Below are positions 1 to 12,238 of a stretch of 64,000 nucleotides of DNA, piece after piece (position 1 is the first letter of the stretch; each line of letters opens with the position of its first letter). This stretch comes from Octopus bimaculoides (lineage: Eukaryota). The translations under genes and the position numbers were made by a program. The DNA is taken from contig NC_069003.1 of NCBI RefSeq assembly GCF_001194135.2, forward strand, positions 18,040,848 to 18,104,847, in the 5' to 3' direction. The notes beneath the pieces were generated by a model. It was not told the origin of the DNA. It did no database searches and saw only the letters and a program-made list of their open reading frames with translations.

Positions 1-3000
1 ACACATATATATTTATTTATCTGTATTAAATTGTATTAATGTATCTATATTTTTAAAAGTATGTTTAAAATTTTGCATCCAGGAATTTGTTGATTGACCC
101 ACACTGTTTCTGAATTTAACTCTTTAATTATAAATGTACACACACACACATGCATACACATAGATAGATACATATGTACATACAAACACACTATACATGT
201 GTGTATATATATATATATGTATGTATATATAGTGTGTACACTGAACAAATACATATATATATACATATCTAATATAAATTTTAAATGTATATACACATGT
301 CCAATATATTTTATATATAACTATACATATTTAATGATAAAAAAAAAAAATTAAACTTATAAATTTACACAATATATTTGATATATCAAATATTAACATA
401 TAAATGTCTTTTTAGGGAAAGACAGTAAATAAAACATGTAACTTGAATTATTGAAACAAAAATTAGAAATGTTTTTGTTTGTTTTAGAACTCAGAAAGTG
501 CACTACACATTAATAGTTCCCTCTACATTGATTCAAGCAAGCGCAGCTAAACACAACAGGAAGGAGATTTAAACCAGAAACAGAAGAAGCTGCAATAGCT
601 GAATGTTGGATTCAACACCATCAAAGAATGTTAAAAACTGTCAGTTAATCAGATTTTGTGTGGGAGATATATTTTACCCAAGAGAGAGGATGATGAGAGA
701 CTAAAGCAGAAGGTGGGGGGGGGGGATCAGCACATCTTACTACTACATGTGCCTCTAGTTACTGTATCTGATTGCATAAAAGTTACATGGGCATATTGAA
801 TGTACATAAATTTCAGCAGCATATTTTAAGTGGGCTGTGTGTGACATATTCTGTATCTTTATCTGAAGAAGAATAATGATACAGGAACACAAGTGTCCTA
901 TGGTCCAATGATACACTTTCACATATATTGTCTATAAAGAGAATTTTTCTCTTGAAAGAAGTTCTGCAGCGAAGTTCTATTCACATAAAAGTGTACACAA
1001 ATGAGTTAAATATAATTGTACACATGCTTTACAATCAGCGTTGAACAGATTTGCCAAAAGAGATTGATAGAAGTAGCAAAATAAGTGCTGGGTTGATTTG
1101 TTCAACTAAACAAATCAACATGGCCAGTCCAATGACAAACAAGTAGAAGATAAAGGATATCATTCAGTCATTTATATATACATGTGTTTCATATCCAGGG
1201 AGAAAACTTTTCCAGAGCTGAAGAGAAGAAGGAGAAAGAGAAATGGTTCTAAGGACACTTCCGCCACTTGCTCACCCAAGTAAAGAAATTGAGAGAGAAA
1301 GAGTGGGGAAGGGTAGAGGGAGACCCCCCCACCGAATAGAGTGAACGACAAAGTTTTTAAATTCTTTGAGTGTGTTGCAATCACCAAGTGTAAAGGTTTC
1401 AAGACATTCTGAGATCAATACAGTTATACGTACAAGATGGCGGCGAGAGTATTGGTAGACCTGGAAAGAAAAAGGCTTTCTGCTTAAAATGGGTTAATAT
1501 ATCATATTAAATCATTAGCATTGCAGGGTGTGGGGTGTGTTTCTTCGTTAGCATTGGCCGTGTTCACTTCAACAAGTTTATATCAATTAATGGACAAGCA
1601 GTTGTTTGCTTGTGTTGAAAAATATTGATAGGGCAACATCAGAAGAATTAATTATGCAACACAAATTATAATTTTAAAAATTATTAAAAACATTTAAATA
1701 ATGTGATGTGTGGATTATAAATTTACTTTTACAGGTTACAAATTAGAACGAAGGGAGTTAATCAATGTAAAAACAATTATAAATTAACAGATTTATTAAA
1801 ATTACATCCATAATTTGCATTAATGAAATTAACAGAAATAACTTGGCCAATACTGGACCAACAACTTTGACAGTTTGGCCAACAAGTGACCAATTCAATT
1901 TAGATAATGTTAAATAAAATAAAATTGATAAACAATATTAGAATTACAAAATATTTGAACAAAGATTTTAATTAATGAAATACAAAAATAAACAAAAAAA
2001 TGTTAAAAATTCAATAAATTATTAAGATAACAAAATTAGACAGAAATTATTTCAACTAATTTTGATTTTTAACAAGGCAATTCATTAAAATTCTCAAATT
2101 AAAGAGTGTGAAGATATGTTGAAAATATATATATATATACACACACACACACATACCAGATGAATTAGTTACCAAGTTGATATACCCAGCTGGAGTTGAA
2201 TTATGTTTTAAACTGAGTTTAGTTGTTCGACTGTGGCCATGCTGAGGCACCACATTCAAGGTATTTCTTTTTTACTTCAAGATGATTATATCAACTGCTA
2301 TTTCACCTTTCTTCACAAAAATCGATTGGGGTATAAAAGAATATAATCAGAGCAGAACAAATTACAAGTTTTTTTTTATTGGGTTGACACACTTCTATTT
2401 CCATTCTAAATTTATAGATATATATATGTGAACATTAAATGATGTTCCACAATAAATAGAAAATTCACATAAAAGATATTAATTCCACACCAGTCATTGC
2501 CCAAAAGATCGTAACAATTTCATGATGATCTAGTTCATTTGTAGTGGTACTAGTGGCAAGCCACAGGGAATAGCGAATAAACATACAGGACAGTGACATA
2601 CACACATATCATCTTAATGATCACTTTTCTATGCCTGCATGGGTTAGATGGAATTTGTTGAAACAGATTTTCTACAGCAGGATGCCCTTCCTGTTACTAT
2701 CACCATTTTCCAAGATATTTCCTCATTTCTAGATATGTTTCACAGAAACCTGGAAACAAATAACATCACTAGTTTGATGGTGATATCAAACATAGGAGCA
2801 CACATACACAAGCGTTTTTTTCCAGTTTTTGTGTACCAAATCCACTCTCAATGCTTTGGTTGGCTCAAAGCTATAGTAAGAAGACATGCCCAAGGTGCCA
2901 TGCAGTGGGACTGAACCCAAGACCATATGGTTTGGAGGCAAGCTTCTGAACTATACAGCAATGCCTGTACCTATTCTACACACACACACACACACGATAG

Positions 3001-3615
3001 CACCTAGACAGGTGATTAGTGCTGAGCTGACAACTTTAAGATAGTGGCTTTGACAGCTGAACCAAGTAGTACAATGATCAAGGCACTTCATTGCATTTCA
3101 CACCAATCTACAAAGTTGAAAAGCATACAAATCAATTATTGGTGTAGTCCACTCTTTCTCTCTAACTATTACATCCCAGATGTACCACTGAATCTAGGAT
3201 GAGAGGATCAAGAGGGTGTGTATATCTGCTGTGACTACATAGATACCAAATCATCCTCAACTCAATGTGAGTTGAGGGTGGGACATACATTCACTCAGAA
3301 GGTATTGACTGGCTTGGGGCTACAGAAGACACATGCGCAATGTGCTGTACAATTGGACTGAACCAAAAACTGCATGGTCTGCAAAGGGAGCTCCTTAATT
3401 ACACAGCCATGCCTGCACCTATATAATATAAACAATGTATATCTTAAAACAATGAGCAGGGCTTCACGGTTGTTTACACAGTGCATATATTATACAGGAC
3501 AGAGATGGAATGAATGTTGTAGACAGCAGGTAATCACTTAGATTGTGTCATTCAAAAGCATCTTGTGATAATATAAATATAAATTCTAATTTCCAAAATC
3601 TGATTGAGTACTCAC

Positions 3616-3708
3616 GGAGCTATCAATAGAGTCATCTCTGGGTGCTGCACTCCTGAAACTCGAAGAAGTGTGTAACATAGATTTTGACATCTCACAACTG
3701 GCCATTTC
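3616..3708 (-). CDS. Lam: Nuclear lamin, coding exon 10 (end of LTD, distal tail)
   Basis: tttcttcag|EMASCEMSKSMLHTSSSFRSAAPRDDSIDSS|gtgagt, 93 nt, phase 0 at both ends. It begins with the expected E(M/V)A after ...TGE. Confidence 0.88.
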
Positions 3709-4218
3709 CTGAAGAAAGAAAGGAAACAAAATTAAAACTATTTTCATTTGTTTGTGTCACAAAACATCAGACTTCACATTTTAATGAATTTCACAAGACA
3801 TCATAATAGGACAAACTTCAGCCATTTCAATGTTTTACTAGGTCATCTCACTCAAGTCAAATCTACATTGATTTCAGTTAGTGATCACCTAATATTGTTC
3901 TACATACCTATTTCTTCCTCGTTTTAATGTCCATTTTTCAATGCATGCAATGGTCAGTTTATTGAAGCAGATTTTTTTATGGCTAATACCCTGCCTGTCA
4001 TCAACCTTCACCAGTTCTTCAAGCAAGGTAATATTTCCATCATGGCCAGACATGTTTTTGCCGAAGATTGGAAATGAATGACACTGCTTATGTGACAGTG
4101 ATATTTACAACTATCACATGATGTCCAAACAAGAGGACACAAACACATGACAAGCTTCCACACAGTTTCTAACTACTAAACCCACTCACCAAGCTTTGGG
4201 CAGAAGACACTTGCTTAA

Positions 4219-4436
4219 CTCTTTAGCATTTAAATTTCTCGTCAAATGTAATGCTTATTCATTCACATTGTTTTGAATCAATCATTCATTATCTCGTAGC
4301 TTCAAGATTTTGAAGAGGTGATTTTTATTTTTAGAATGACATTGTAGGCTAGGTGTGAGAGGCTGGATCTGGCCTGTTTGAATATAAAACTAGTAGAATA
4401 TTTGGGCCAGACATGGCCAGCTTAAATGTTAAAGGG
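4219..4436. mobile_element. piggyBac-like MITE (family A)
   Basis: TTAA at 4215-4218 and 4437-4440, ends CTCTTTAG...AAAGGG. Reverse-orientation homologue of the copy at 59142-59362. Confidence 0.7.
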
Positions 4437-4669
4437 TTAAGATTCCACACAGTGGGACTGAACCTGAAATATGGTTGGGAAAAAAAACTTAACACACATT
4501 AGTTAAACTCATCTTTCAGTGGTATGGCTTTGCTTTATGATGAGCTATATCTTAGAAGGCTCATTGATAGAGTAAGGGTACCTATGACATCTGTTTAAGG
4601 ATTTGTGTTTGCTATATAAAATACACCCAATTTATTTTGAAGCCATCTCTGAAAGGGTAGAGTCACTTG

Positions 4670-4898
4670 ACTGGATGCTTTTTATGTGGTACCAGCACTT
4701 GCAAGACAAAGATCCTTTAAGAGGGAAGAGGGCATTGGAGGAGGTAATCTTGTGCTAGATGATGAAAGGTTGGAGTGTGACAAAGAGACAGAAACAAGTG
4801 TCTTGCTGTAGAGGTACATGGTTACGTGGCCATATAGAGAGATCAAGAATGAGGACAGAAACAGGTGCTGCTGTGCAGGACATACATGGTTACCCAAA

Positions 4899-4930
<32 letters not shown>

Positions 4931-6450
4931 GAAGATAGCAACAGTGTAAAAGAGAGCAGGAGAGAGAGAGAGGAAGATAGCAACAGTGTAAAAGAGAGCA
5001 GGAGAGAGAGAGAGGAAGATAGCAACAGNNNNNNNNNNNNNNNNNNNNNNNNNNNNNNNNNNNNNNNNNNNNNNNNNNNNNNNNNNNNNNNNNNNNNNNN
5101 NNNNNNNNNNNNNNNNNNNNNNNNNNNNNNNNNNNNNNNNNNNNNNNNNNNNNNNNNNNNNNNNNNNNNNNNNNNNNNNNNNNNNNNNNNNNNNNNNNNN
5201 NNNNNNNNNNNNNNNNNNNNNNNNNNNNNNNNNNNNNNNNNNNNNNNNNNNNNNNNNNNNNNNNNNNNNNNNNNNNNNNNNNNNNNNNNNNNNNNNNNNN
5301 NNNNNNNNNNNNNNNNNNNNNNNNNNNNNNNNNNNNNNNNNNNNNNNNNNNNNNNNNNNNNNNNNNNNNNNNNNNNNNNNNNNNNNNNNNNNNNNNNNNN
5401 NNNNNNNNNNNNNNNNNNNNNNNNNNNNNNNNNNNNNNNNNNNNNNNNNNNNNNNNNNNNNNNNNNNNNNNNNNNNNNNNNNNNNNNNNNNNNNNNNNNN
5501 NNNNNNNNNNNNNNNNNNNNNNNNNNNNNNNNNNNNNNNNNNNNNNNNNNNNNNNNNNNNNNNNNNNNNNNNNNNNNNNNNNNNNNNNNNNNNNNNNNNN
5601 NNNNNNNNNNNNNNNNNNNNNNNNNNNNNNNNNGAGAGAGAGAGAGGAAGATAGCAACAGTGTAAAAGAGAGCAGGAGAGAGATGGTATCAAACTATCAA
5701 GACATACTCACAAGGAATGGGGATCAGAATATAAATGGGATGATAGGAGGGGGGGGGGGCAGTCCCAGGCAAACTCTCAAGGCATGGAGGTCATAATATA
5801 AGTAGCGGGAGTAGGAAGTAGAGACTTCACATGGATGCACAGACTGGTGAAAAATTGGGTGAGGGACTACAGGATGGCAATGATACAGTGAGGACAGGAT
5901 TGGGGACAGAGATAAGCATAGTGCATGAAAGAGGAAACGTGAGGAAGAAATGTTTGGTTTGTTGGGGTAGGGTGTGTGAAAAGTTTTATTGTTATGTGTG
6001 GGTGAAACACACAGCACTTCTAAAACTAAGTTTTGCTGATATGGGTGGGTCTTCTCAAGAACCTCATAGTGCCATTTCAATCTCTTCTCTTTTTTTATTC
6101 CTTCTCCAGTCATGGACCATATCTAGACATTGCAATCATGGAATTTCAAGCCAAAGCCCGAAGAGCCACAAGCAATTTACTCTGCAAGCCTTCTGCTTGC
6201 TTGAGCTTAGCCTTGGGGTATAAAGCCTATTTAATCCTTAGACAGAATGAGTGATTCCCATGACATCAGAGCATGCTCACACACAAATGAGGCTGTGTGA
6301 TTACATGTAGGGCCCAGCTCTCCTCTGAGTCCCATATGCCTTAACCAGAGAATCATCTTCTGCTATTTGACCCACAACTGAGGCCCTTTACAAGTACTTC
6401 CATCCTAGACCAGAAGAGACTATTACAAAGCTATGTAACCATTACAATGT
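4670..6450 (-). mobile_element. Old RTE-clade LINE 3' portion (degenerate ORF end and long 3' UTR)
   Basis: Reverse-frame KWHYEVLEKTHP resembles the ORF end of the RTE copy at 35.2 kb (KYAVREKTRQ). Segments 4690-4900 and 5718-5830 align with 44870-45300. Confidence 0.5.
4903..5683 (+). repeat. 42-bp minisatellite spanning an assembly gap (N 5029-5633)
   Basis: Unit GAGAGAGAGAGAGGAAGATAGCAACAGTGTAAAAGAGAGCAG is repeated on both sides of the gap. Confidence 0.85.
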
Positions 6451-7160
6451 TTACATAGCTGGGCAACATAGTATATTTTTTTCTTAAAAACTGCCAACAG
6501 GTGCATGATTGCAGCATTGTTATATTTCTTGGCTGGATAACTTTACCTATCACCAACTATTTTGCAACAAATAAAGCTTAAAAATTGTTCCATCCAAACC
6601 TATATTCTCATCATAGACTTCATTCAAACTTTACTTTTACTACTATTTCTAGCAAGCACCCAACATTCTACATTGGCTGTAATCTGGAATATACTATATT
6701 GACCCGGTCTTTCTACGTCAAGGGACATAACTGATTACTGCCAAACATCTTGTCGTTTGCACATATACCTTCTATACACAATACAATCAGTTTCAGTATA
6801 GTTTTACTCTAGAGCTGGATTTTTTTTACGTCTGAACCACAGCCCCATATGCATATTATATCACACATACATATAACAATGCTTTAAGCTCAGCAAGTAT
6901 TAAATTTTTGCTGACACAAAACACTATCTAAAAGCCACTATCACTAATTAACTCTTGAAAATGATGAATTTAGTAAAGTAACTGGTGTTTGAAACCATGA
7001 AATTTTGAAAGGTTTTAATTTAGATCACTTTAAAACAGCAAGTCTAGAGCAGGTTGGTACATTAAATCTGAATTATTATTTTTTTATAAAAAACCTGAGG
7101 CCCAGAGAAAACATCTCAGTGACTCATCTTGTTACTAACCCCCAATCAAGTTTTACTTAC

Positions 7161-7277
7161 CTCACCAGTGTTGTTCAACAAAGTTGTTCTCATGCTGTCT
7201 GACACAAACCACCTTTGGGATTTCATAACCAAATCTGATGGAGGGTTATGTGTCTGGCCACTATCTGCACTCCAAAC
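7161..7277 (-). CDS. Lam: Nuclear lamin, coding exon 9 (Ig-fold LTD)
   Basis: cttcag|[39 protein letters not shown]|gtaagt, 117 nt. Matches the LTD motif W.....H.PP.DLV.K....W. Confidence 0.96.
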
Positions 7278-7752
7278 CTGAAGCAGAACAGAAAAAGAGG
7301 GAAAAAATATATAAAAGTGGTTAACAGATGGTTAAAGCATGGGTTAGACAAATATTGAGGAATCATTTTATAGCCAGATACCCTTCCTTTTACCAATCCA
7401 TATCTTTTTTTCTAGTAAGGGATCTCTTATTTCACATACTTTTGAAGGTGCAAAGGTAGTAGACAATTTAACATGGGAAAATGACAACACACTGTGTGTG
7501 TATCTATCTTTATATGTATACATACATACATACAAAAAGCTAATCATCAAATCCATCCACAAGGTTTTGGTCTGTTGGGCTATAATAAAAGACACTTGTT
7601 CAAGGTACTGTGCAATAGGACTGAACCCCGAACCAAGTGCTTGGGAAGCAAACTTAACCTGCACCTATTGAAAATATGAATGAAGGATAACACTACTATA
7701 ATTTGACTTAGTCACAAGAGAGCTATGTTCTGTTCTTTGCCATCTGCTTTAA

Positions 7753-7966
7753 CCCTTTAGTATTCAGATTACTGTCAAGTGTAATGCTTATTTATTCACA
7801 ATGCTTGGAATTAATTATGCACTATCATGTAGCTTTGGGATTTTAATGTGAATGTATATTTTTGGAATAATATTGTAAGGTAGGTGTTAGAGACCAGATC
7901 TTGACAGTTTGAACATAAAACAGATAGAATATTTGGGCCGGATATGGCCAGTTTAAATGCCAAAGG
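7753..7966. mobile_element. piggyBac-like MITE (family A), degraded right end
   Basis: Starts TTAA-CCCTTTAG, and the interior aligns with 4219-4436. Confidence 0.6.
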
Positions 7967-8443
7967 ATCACAGGACTATAGAGCAGGGAATAGCAACCTG
8001 CAGTGCTCAGGCTGCATGTGGACTATTACAACTTCTCATGTTTTATGATTTCGCAAATTATACAAACAGTTTTTTACTAAAAGTTTGTAAACTCAAGTGC
8101 ATTTGCTTGCTTGCACCAAAAGAAGATGACTACCCAGTCAACTGTGCCAAATCAGTGGTATTCATACAGTGGCACTCAACCACCTCATTCTGAACCACCA
8201 GATAATAAAACAGCTGGCAAATCAGGTTTGTTATTACATCAATTGAGAGATATAGAAAAAGCCATTTTGATAAAGAGGGAGTATCCATATAGTAACCCAA
8301 ACCACTAGAAAAAGTAACCAAATCTCTGTCACAACTGGAATGTATTCAAGATAAGTTTGTTCAATTAGGGGTTGACCTAGGGTTAAGCAACATTTCCAAC
8401 ATAAATAGTGTAACAGAGTGAGAACAAGTGAAAGAATACTTAC

Positions 8444-8548
8444 GGTGATTGTAACACCAGGTTTTACAACGGCTTTTGAATGGAACTTGAAAACAGTCTC
8501 ATCTACTCCGGTATCATGCTTTAGTTGCCAGCCACCAATGCTTATATC
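8444..8548 (-). CDS. Lam: Nuclear lamin, coding exon 8 (Ig-fold LTD)
   Basis: ttctag|DISIGGWQLKHDTGVDETVFKFHSKAVVKPGVTIT|gtaagt, 105 nt. Not in the supplied ORF track. Confidence 0.95.
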
Positions 8549-9678
8549 CTAGAACCAATAGATAAATAAGATTATCAAATTACAAGGCCATAATTTCGGG
8601 GGAGGAGCTAAGTCAATTAGATCAACCCCAGTGTTCAATTTGTACATATTTTATTGATCTTGAAACAATGAAAGTCAAAGTTGACCCTGGAAGCATTTGA
8701 ACTCAGAATGTAAAGACGGACAAAATGCCGCTAAGCATTCAGTTAGCTCACCACCTTCTTAGCAACAGCAACAACATGTAAAAGCTTAGAAATTGTAAAT
8801 AAACATTTTTAACAGCTATGTCTTTAGTGTTAGCAAATACTGATCCCAGTTTATTTGAGATATATAAGCCTCCATCTTCAGCAGGGCAACAGTCTGTTGC
8901 AAGGTAAAACTCCAGCCTCAGATTAACAAAGTGGACAAATATGAAATCCAGTATCTTGCTCAAGGACAACACAGCACCCAGCCCAACATGATCCTGAGCC
9001 AAACACTAACCACTAAGCCAGTATGCCCTTGATTTAAATTAACCCAAATATTTGACTGGGACTGACTTCTCAGCAATAAGACATGACAAAATTAATATCA
9101 GAGAATTTACATCCTTTTGGATTCAATAAAATATGGAAATATAATAAATTCTAATTTAGGAACACAGCCAAAAATTTTGAAGGAAGAGGGTTAGTTGATA
9201 CCAGTAACCTCAGTACACAACTGGTACATTGCTGTGTTGGCCCTGAAATGATGAAAAACAAAGCTGACTTTAATGGGATTTGAACTCACAACAACAGTGT
9301 CAGATGAAATACCACAAAGAAGCTTTTCTGACACTTTAACAATTCTGCTAAACTTGTGCCCTAATAGTTTCTGTAATAAATGTTCCTAAAATAGAGAGAA
9401 GGCCTGACATTCTGGGGAGGAGGGCACTGGGCCAAGGCTTTACTGATTTCAGCACTCAACGGGTACTTTCTTTTATTAACCTTAGAGGGATGAAAGACCA
9501 AACTGACCTTCGTAAAAGTTAAACTCAGAATGGAAAAAGCTGAAACAAATACCACAAAGCATTGTTTCAAATTTTGGTGCAAGGCCAGCAATTTTAGTGG
9601 GAGAGTCTCAGTTGATTACATCATTAGAGCCACTACACCGTTCTCATTATTTCTTAAATAATAAATAAATTCACTGAC

Positions 9679-9895
9679 CTTCTCACCAGAGTTGATTAAT
9701 TTGATAAACTTCCCATCGGAATCTACTGAGTCAATACTTAAGGCTGATTTACACTGGGATTTTGAGGCATAACCTTCATTCTTTGAAGAAACCTCCTCAC
9801 TGCTGCTTTCTGTAGTCACTTTGCGTTTCTTGCCTCGAAGTTGAGTTTGAGTTCGAGACCTGGGAGAACTGCATTCGGTGGCAGAGAGGTTCAAT
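9679..9895 (-). CDS. Lam: Nuclear lamin, coding exon 7 (NLS, start of lamin tail domain)
   Basis: ttccatag|(R)LNLSATECSSPRSRTQTQLRGKKRKVTT...IDSVDSDGKFIKLINSGEK|gtcagt. NLS KKRK at 9820-9831, 217 nt. Confidence 0.95.
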
Positions 9896-10875
9896 CTATG
9901 GAAGAAAGAAAGAAAGGAAAAAAAAAAGAAAAAAAAAAAGCAAATTAATACATCAAAGATAACAATTCAAACACTCCCTTATATTTCACCATCTGGAATT
10001 TTTTTTTTGTATGAGGAAACCTAAGAAAGCTTTGGTGATAGAAAGACGTTTGGCCATAAAACAACTTAACTGTAATCTCACAAATTGTAGCTGTAACTCA
10101 GCCTGTTGTATGTGGAGTGAGAGTAAATGTGTGTGTGTGTGTGTGTGTGTGTAACCTTGTCTGGATATTACGTGATTGTTAAAAACAAGCATCAACGTCA
10201 CACAAATAGTATTTCATTTCCAGTTATCCATGAAAGCAGACAGATACACACACACACAATGAGTTTCTTTCCATTTCCACATCTACGAAATTCACTCATG
10301 GGGCATTGGTCCACCAGGGACTGTTTCAGAAGAAAACTTCTTAGCTACACAGTCATGCCTGTGCTTATTTTTCAATGAAGTGTTTATAGAAAGAAGAAAT
10401 TTAATTAGTTATTACTTTTTAGAAAGGTTAAGGAAGAAGACATGGGATGAAGTATGAAAGGCTGATCCCAAAACGCCGAGCCTTATGAAGGGGATAACAG
10501 AGGACCAAGATATGTAGTGCATTGCTGTACTCAAGAAGACCCACCCACCATAACAGAAATGGAATTCTAAAACAAAGGTACCACATAAAAAGCACCCAGT
10601 ACACTCTGTACAGTGGTTGGCATTAGGAAGGGCATCCAGCTGTAGAAACCAAGCCAAAAACAGACTGTGGAACCTGGTGCAGCCACTGGCCCTGTTAGTT
10701 CCTGTCAAGCCATCCAACCCATGCCAGTATGGAAAACAGACATTAAAATGATGATTATTAATTAAATAAATTAAGCTATGTCAGTTTGGAAATAGTCAAA
10801 GTAAAATGTAAAAAGATTAGAAAAAATCCCCTAGTTTCTTGCCACACAAATCCCCAAATATTTCCTTTTTCTTAC

Positions 10876-11096
10876 CTCTCTTCTTCACCTTCCAAAAGTT
10901 TTCGGTATGCAGCAAGTTCCAAATCCAGTTTGACTTTGATACTCCAAAGCTCAGCTGACTCAGCAGTCATATCAGCAAGTTTGTTGCGTAGGTCTTTAAT
11001 CTCTTCATCCTTTATACTAATCTTCATTTGGAATTCTCGACTCTCACGCTCAAGCTGTCCTTCCAACTCACTGATACGAGACAGAAATTGGGCATT
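10876..11096 (-). CDS. Lam: Nuclear lamin, coding exon 6 (end of rod)
   Basis: ctgtccag|NAQFLSRISELEGQLERE...[21 protein letters not shown](R)|gtaag contains the IF helix-termination motif YRKLLEGEE. 221 nt, phase 2. Confidence 0.97.
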
Positions 11097-11334
11097 CTGG
11101 ACAGAAGAAGAAAGAAAAGGAAAGTTAGATGAAGCTAACTCGTGTGATACAAAACCAAAGGAATTTATATAAAGATCAATTGCAATTCGCAACAGAAGAC
11201 TCTCCTCCAAACACCAGCTCTCTGTACTATTAACTTGTAGACTGTTTGATCTCACCACTCTTACAAAGGCAGCAAAGCTCACAGGCACTGCCCCTTACTT
11301 CATATTAAACCAAAACTCACAAATGGAAATATAC

Positions 11335-12082
11335 AATATTCTTAAGTTGAACCATGGCACGAATTCAACACAGAAAGTAAAAAGTCAGAACAATTGTCAC
11401 AAAGTGTTTTCGCTGACATCCTAATGATTCTGCCAATCCACCGCTTAATAAAATAAGGATTGTTTCTGATTTGACAATTATTTTCTATGATAGGCACAAG
11501 GCCTGAACTTTTGAGGGAAAGGGGCTTAACTGGTATTTATTTTATTGACCCTAAAAAAATGAAAAAAAAACAGTAGACCCTGGTGAACTTTTAACTCAGA
11601 ATGCAAAGCCTGAAGAAATGCTGCGAAGAATTTCGTCAGGTATGGTAATGATTCTGCCAGCTCGCTGCCTTATAATAATCCTTTCTACTAAAGGCACAAG
11701 GCCTGAAATTTTGGGGAACAGAGCAAGTTGATTACATCAACCCCAAGTACTTGACCAATACTTATTTTATTGAGCCTGAAAGGGTGAAAGGCAAAATCAA
11801 CCACAGCGGATTTTGAACTCAAAATGTCAAGTTGGAAAAAGTGCCACTAATCATTTTTCCAGGGCAGTAACAATTCTGCCAGTCTTCCACCTTAATAATA
11901 ATAATGGTTTCAAATTTTGGCACAAGGCCAGCAATTTTAGAGGAAGAGGTAAGTCAATATCAACTCCACTGCTTGACTGACACTTATTTCGTTGATCCTG
12001 AAAGGATAAAAAGCAAAGACAACCTTGGCAGAATTTAAACTCAAAACAGAGACAGAAGAAATGCTACTAAGCATTTTATCCA
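11335..12082 (-). mobile_element. Head-to-tail array of about four tRNA-derived SINE copies (Meta/MESC-like central domain) in lamin intron 5
   Basis: Repeating units begin AGGCACAAGGCC and contain GAAAGG.TGAAAGGCAAA...GAACTC...ATTCTGCCAG at about 11335, 11480, 11675 and 11900. The family assignment is from recalled motif similarity. Confidence 0.7.
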
Positions 12083-12112
12083 GAATAATAATAGTAGTAG
12101 TAGACAAATTAC

Positions 12113-12238
12113 CTGTGCTCTCAAGCCAGACAACTCTGAGAGGAGTTCCTCCACTCGGCGCTTCGCAGTCTTCAATTCGTCACGCATAGAAACAGAAACA
12201 TTCTGGCCACGATCAATTTGAGCTTGCAAGCCACTGAG
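12113..12238 (-). CDS. Lam: Nuclear lamin, coding exon 5
   Basis: ttttacag|LSGLQAQIDRGQNVSVSMRDELKTAKRRVEELLSELSGLRAQ|gtaatt, 126 nt, the same length as vertebrate LMNA exon 5. Confidence 0.93.

Noticed and set aside
357-371. Minus-strand CVNL* CaaX-like end
   Set aside because: There is an in-frame stop a few codons upstream and no AG acceptor between them.
2376-2405. tttag|NGNRSVSTQ* as the last lamin exon
   Set aside because: NRS resembles the residues before the lamin B1 CaaX, but there is no cysteine and the acceptor lacks a polypyrimidine tract.
3252-3280. 13-bp hairpin CATCCTCAACTCA-ATG-TGAGTTGAGGGTG
   Set aside because: It is short and lies among repeat fragments, with nothing to suggest function.
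6451-6465. Minus-strand CPAM* CaaX-like end in lamin intron 9
   Set aside because: No suitable in-phase acceptor was found, and it lies upstream of the well-supported exon 10. Likely chance.
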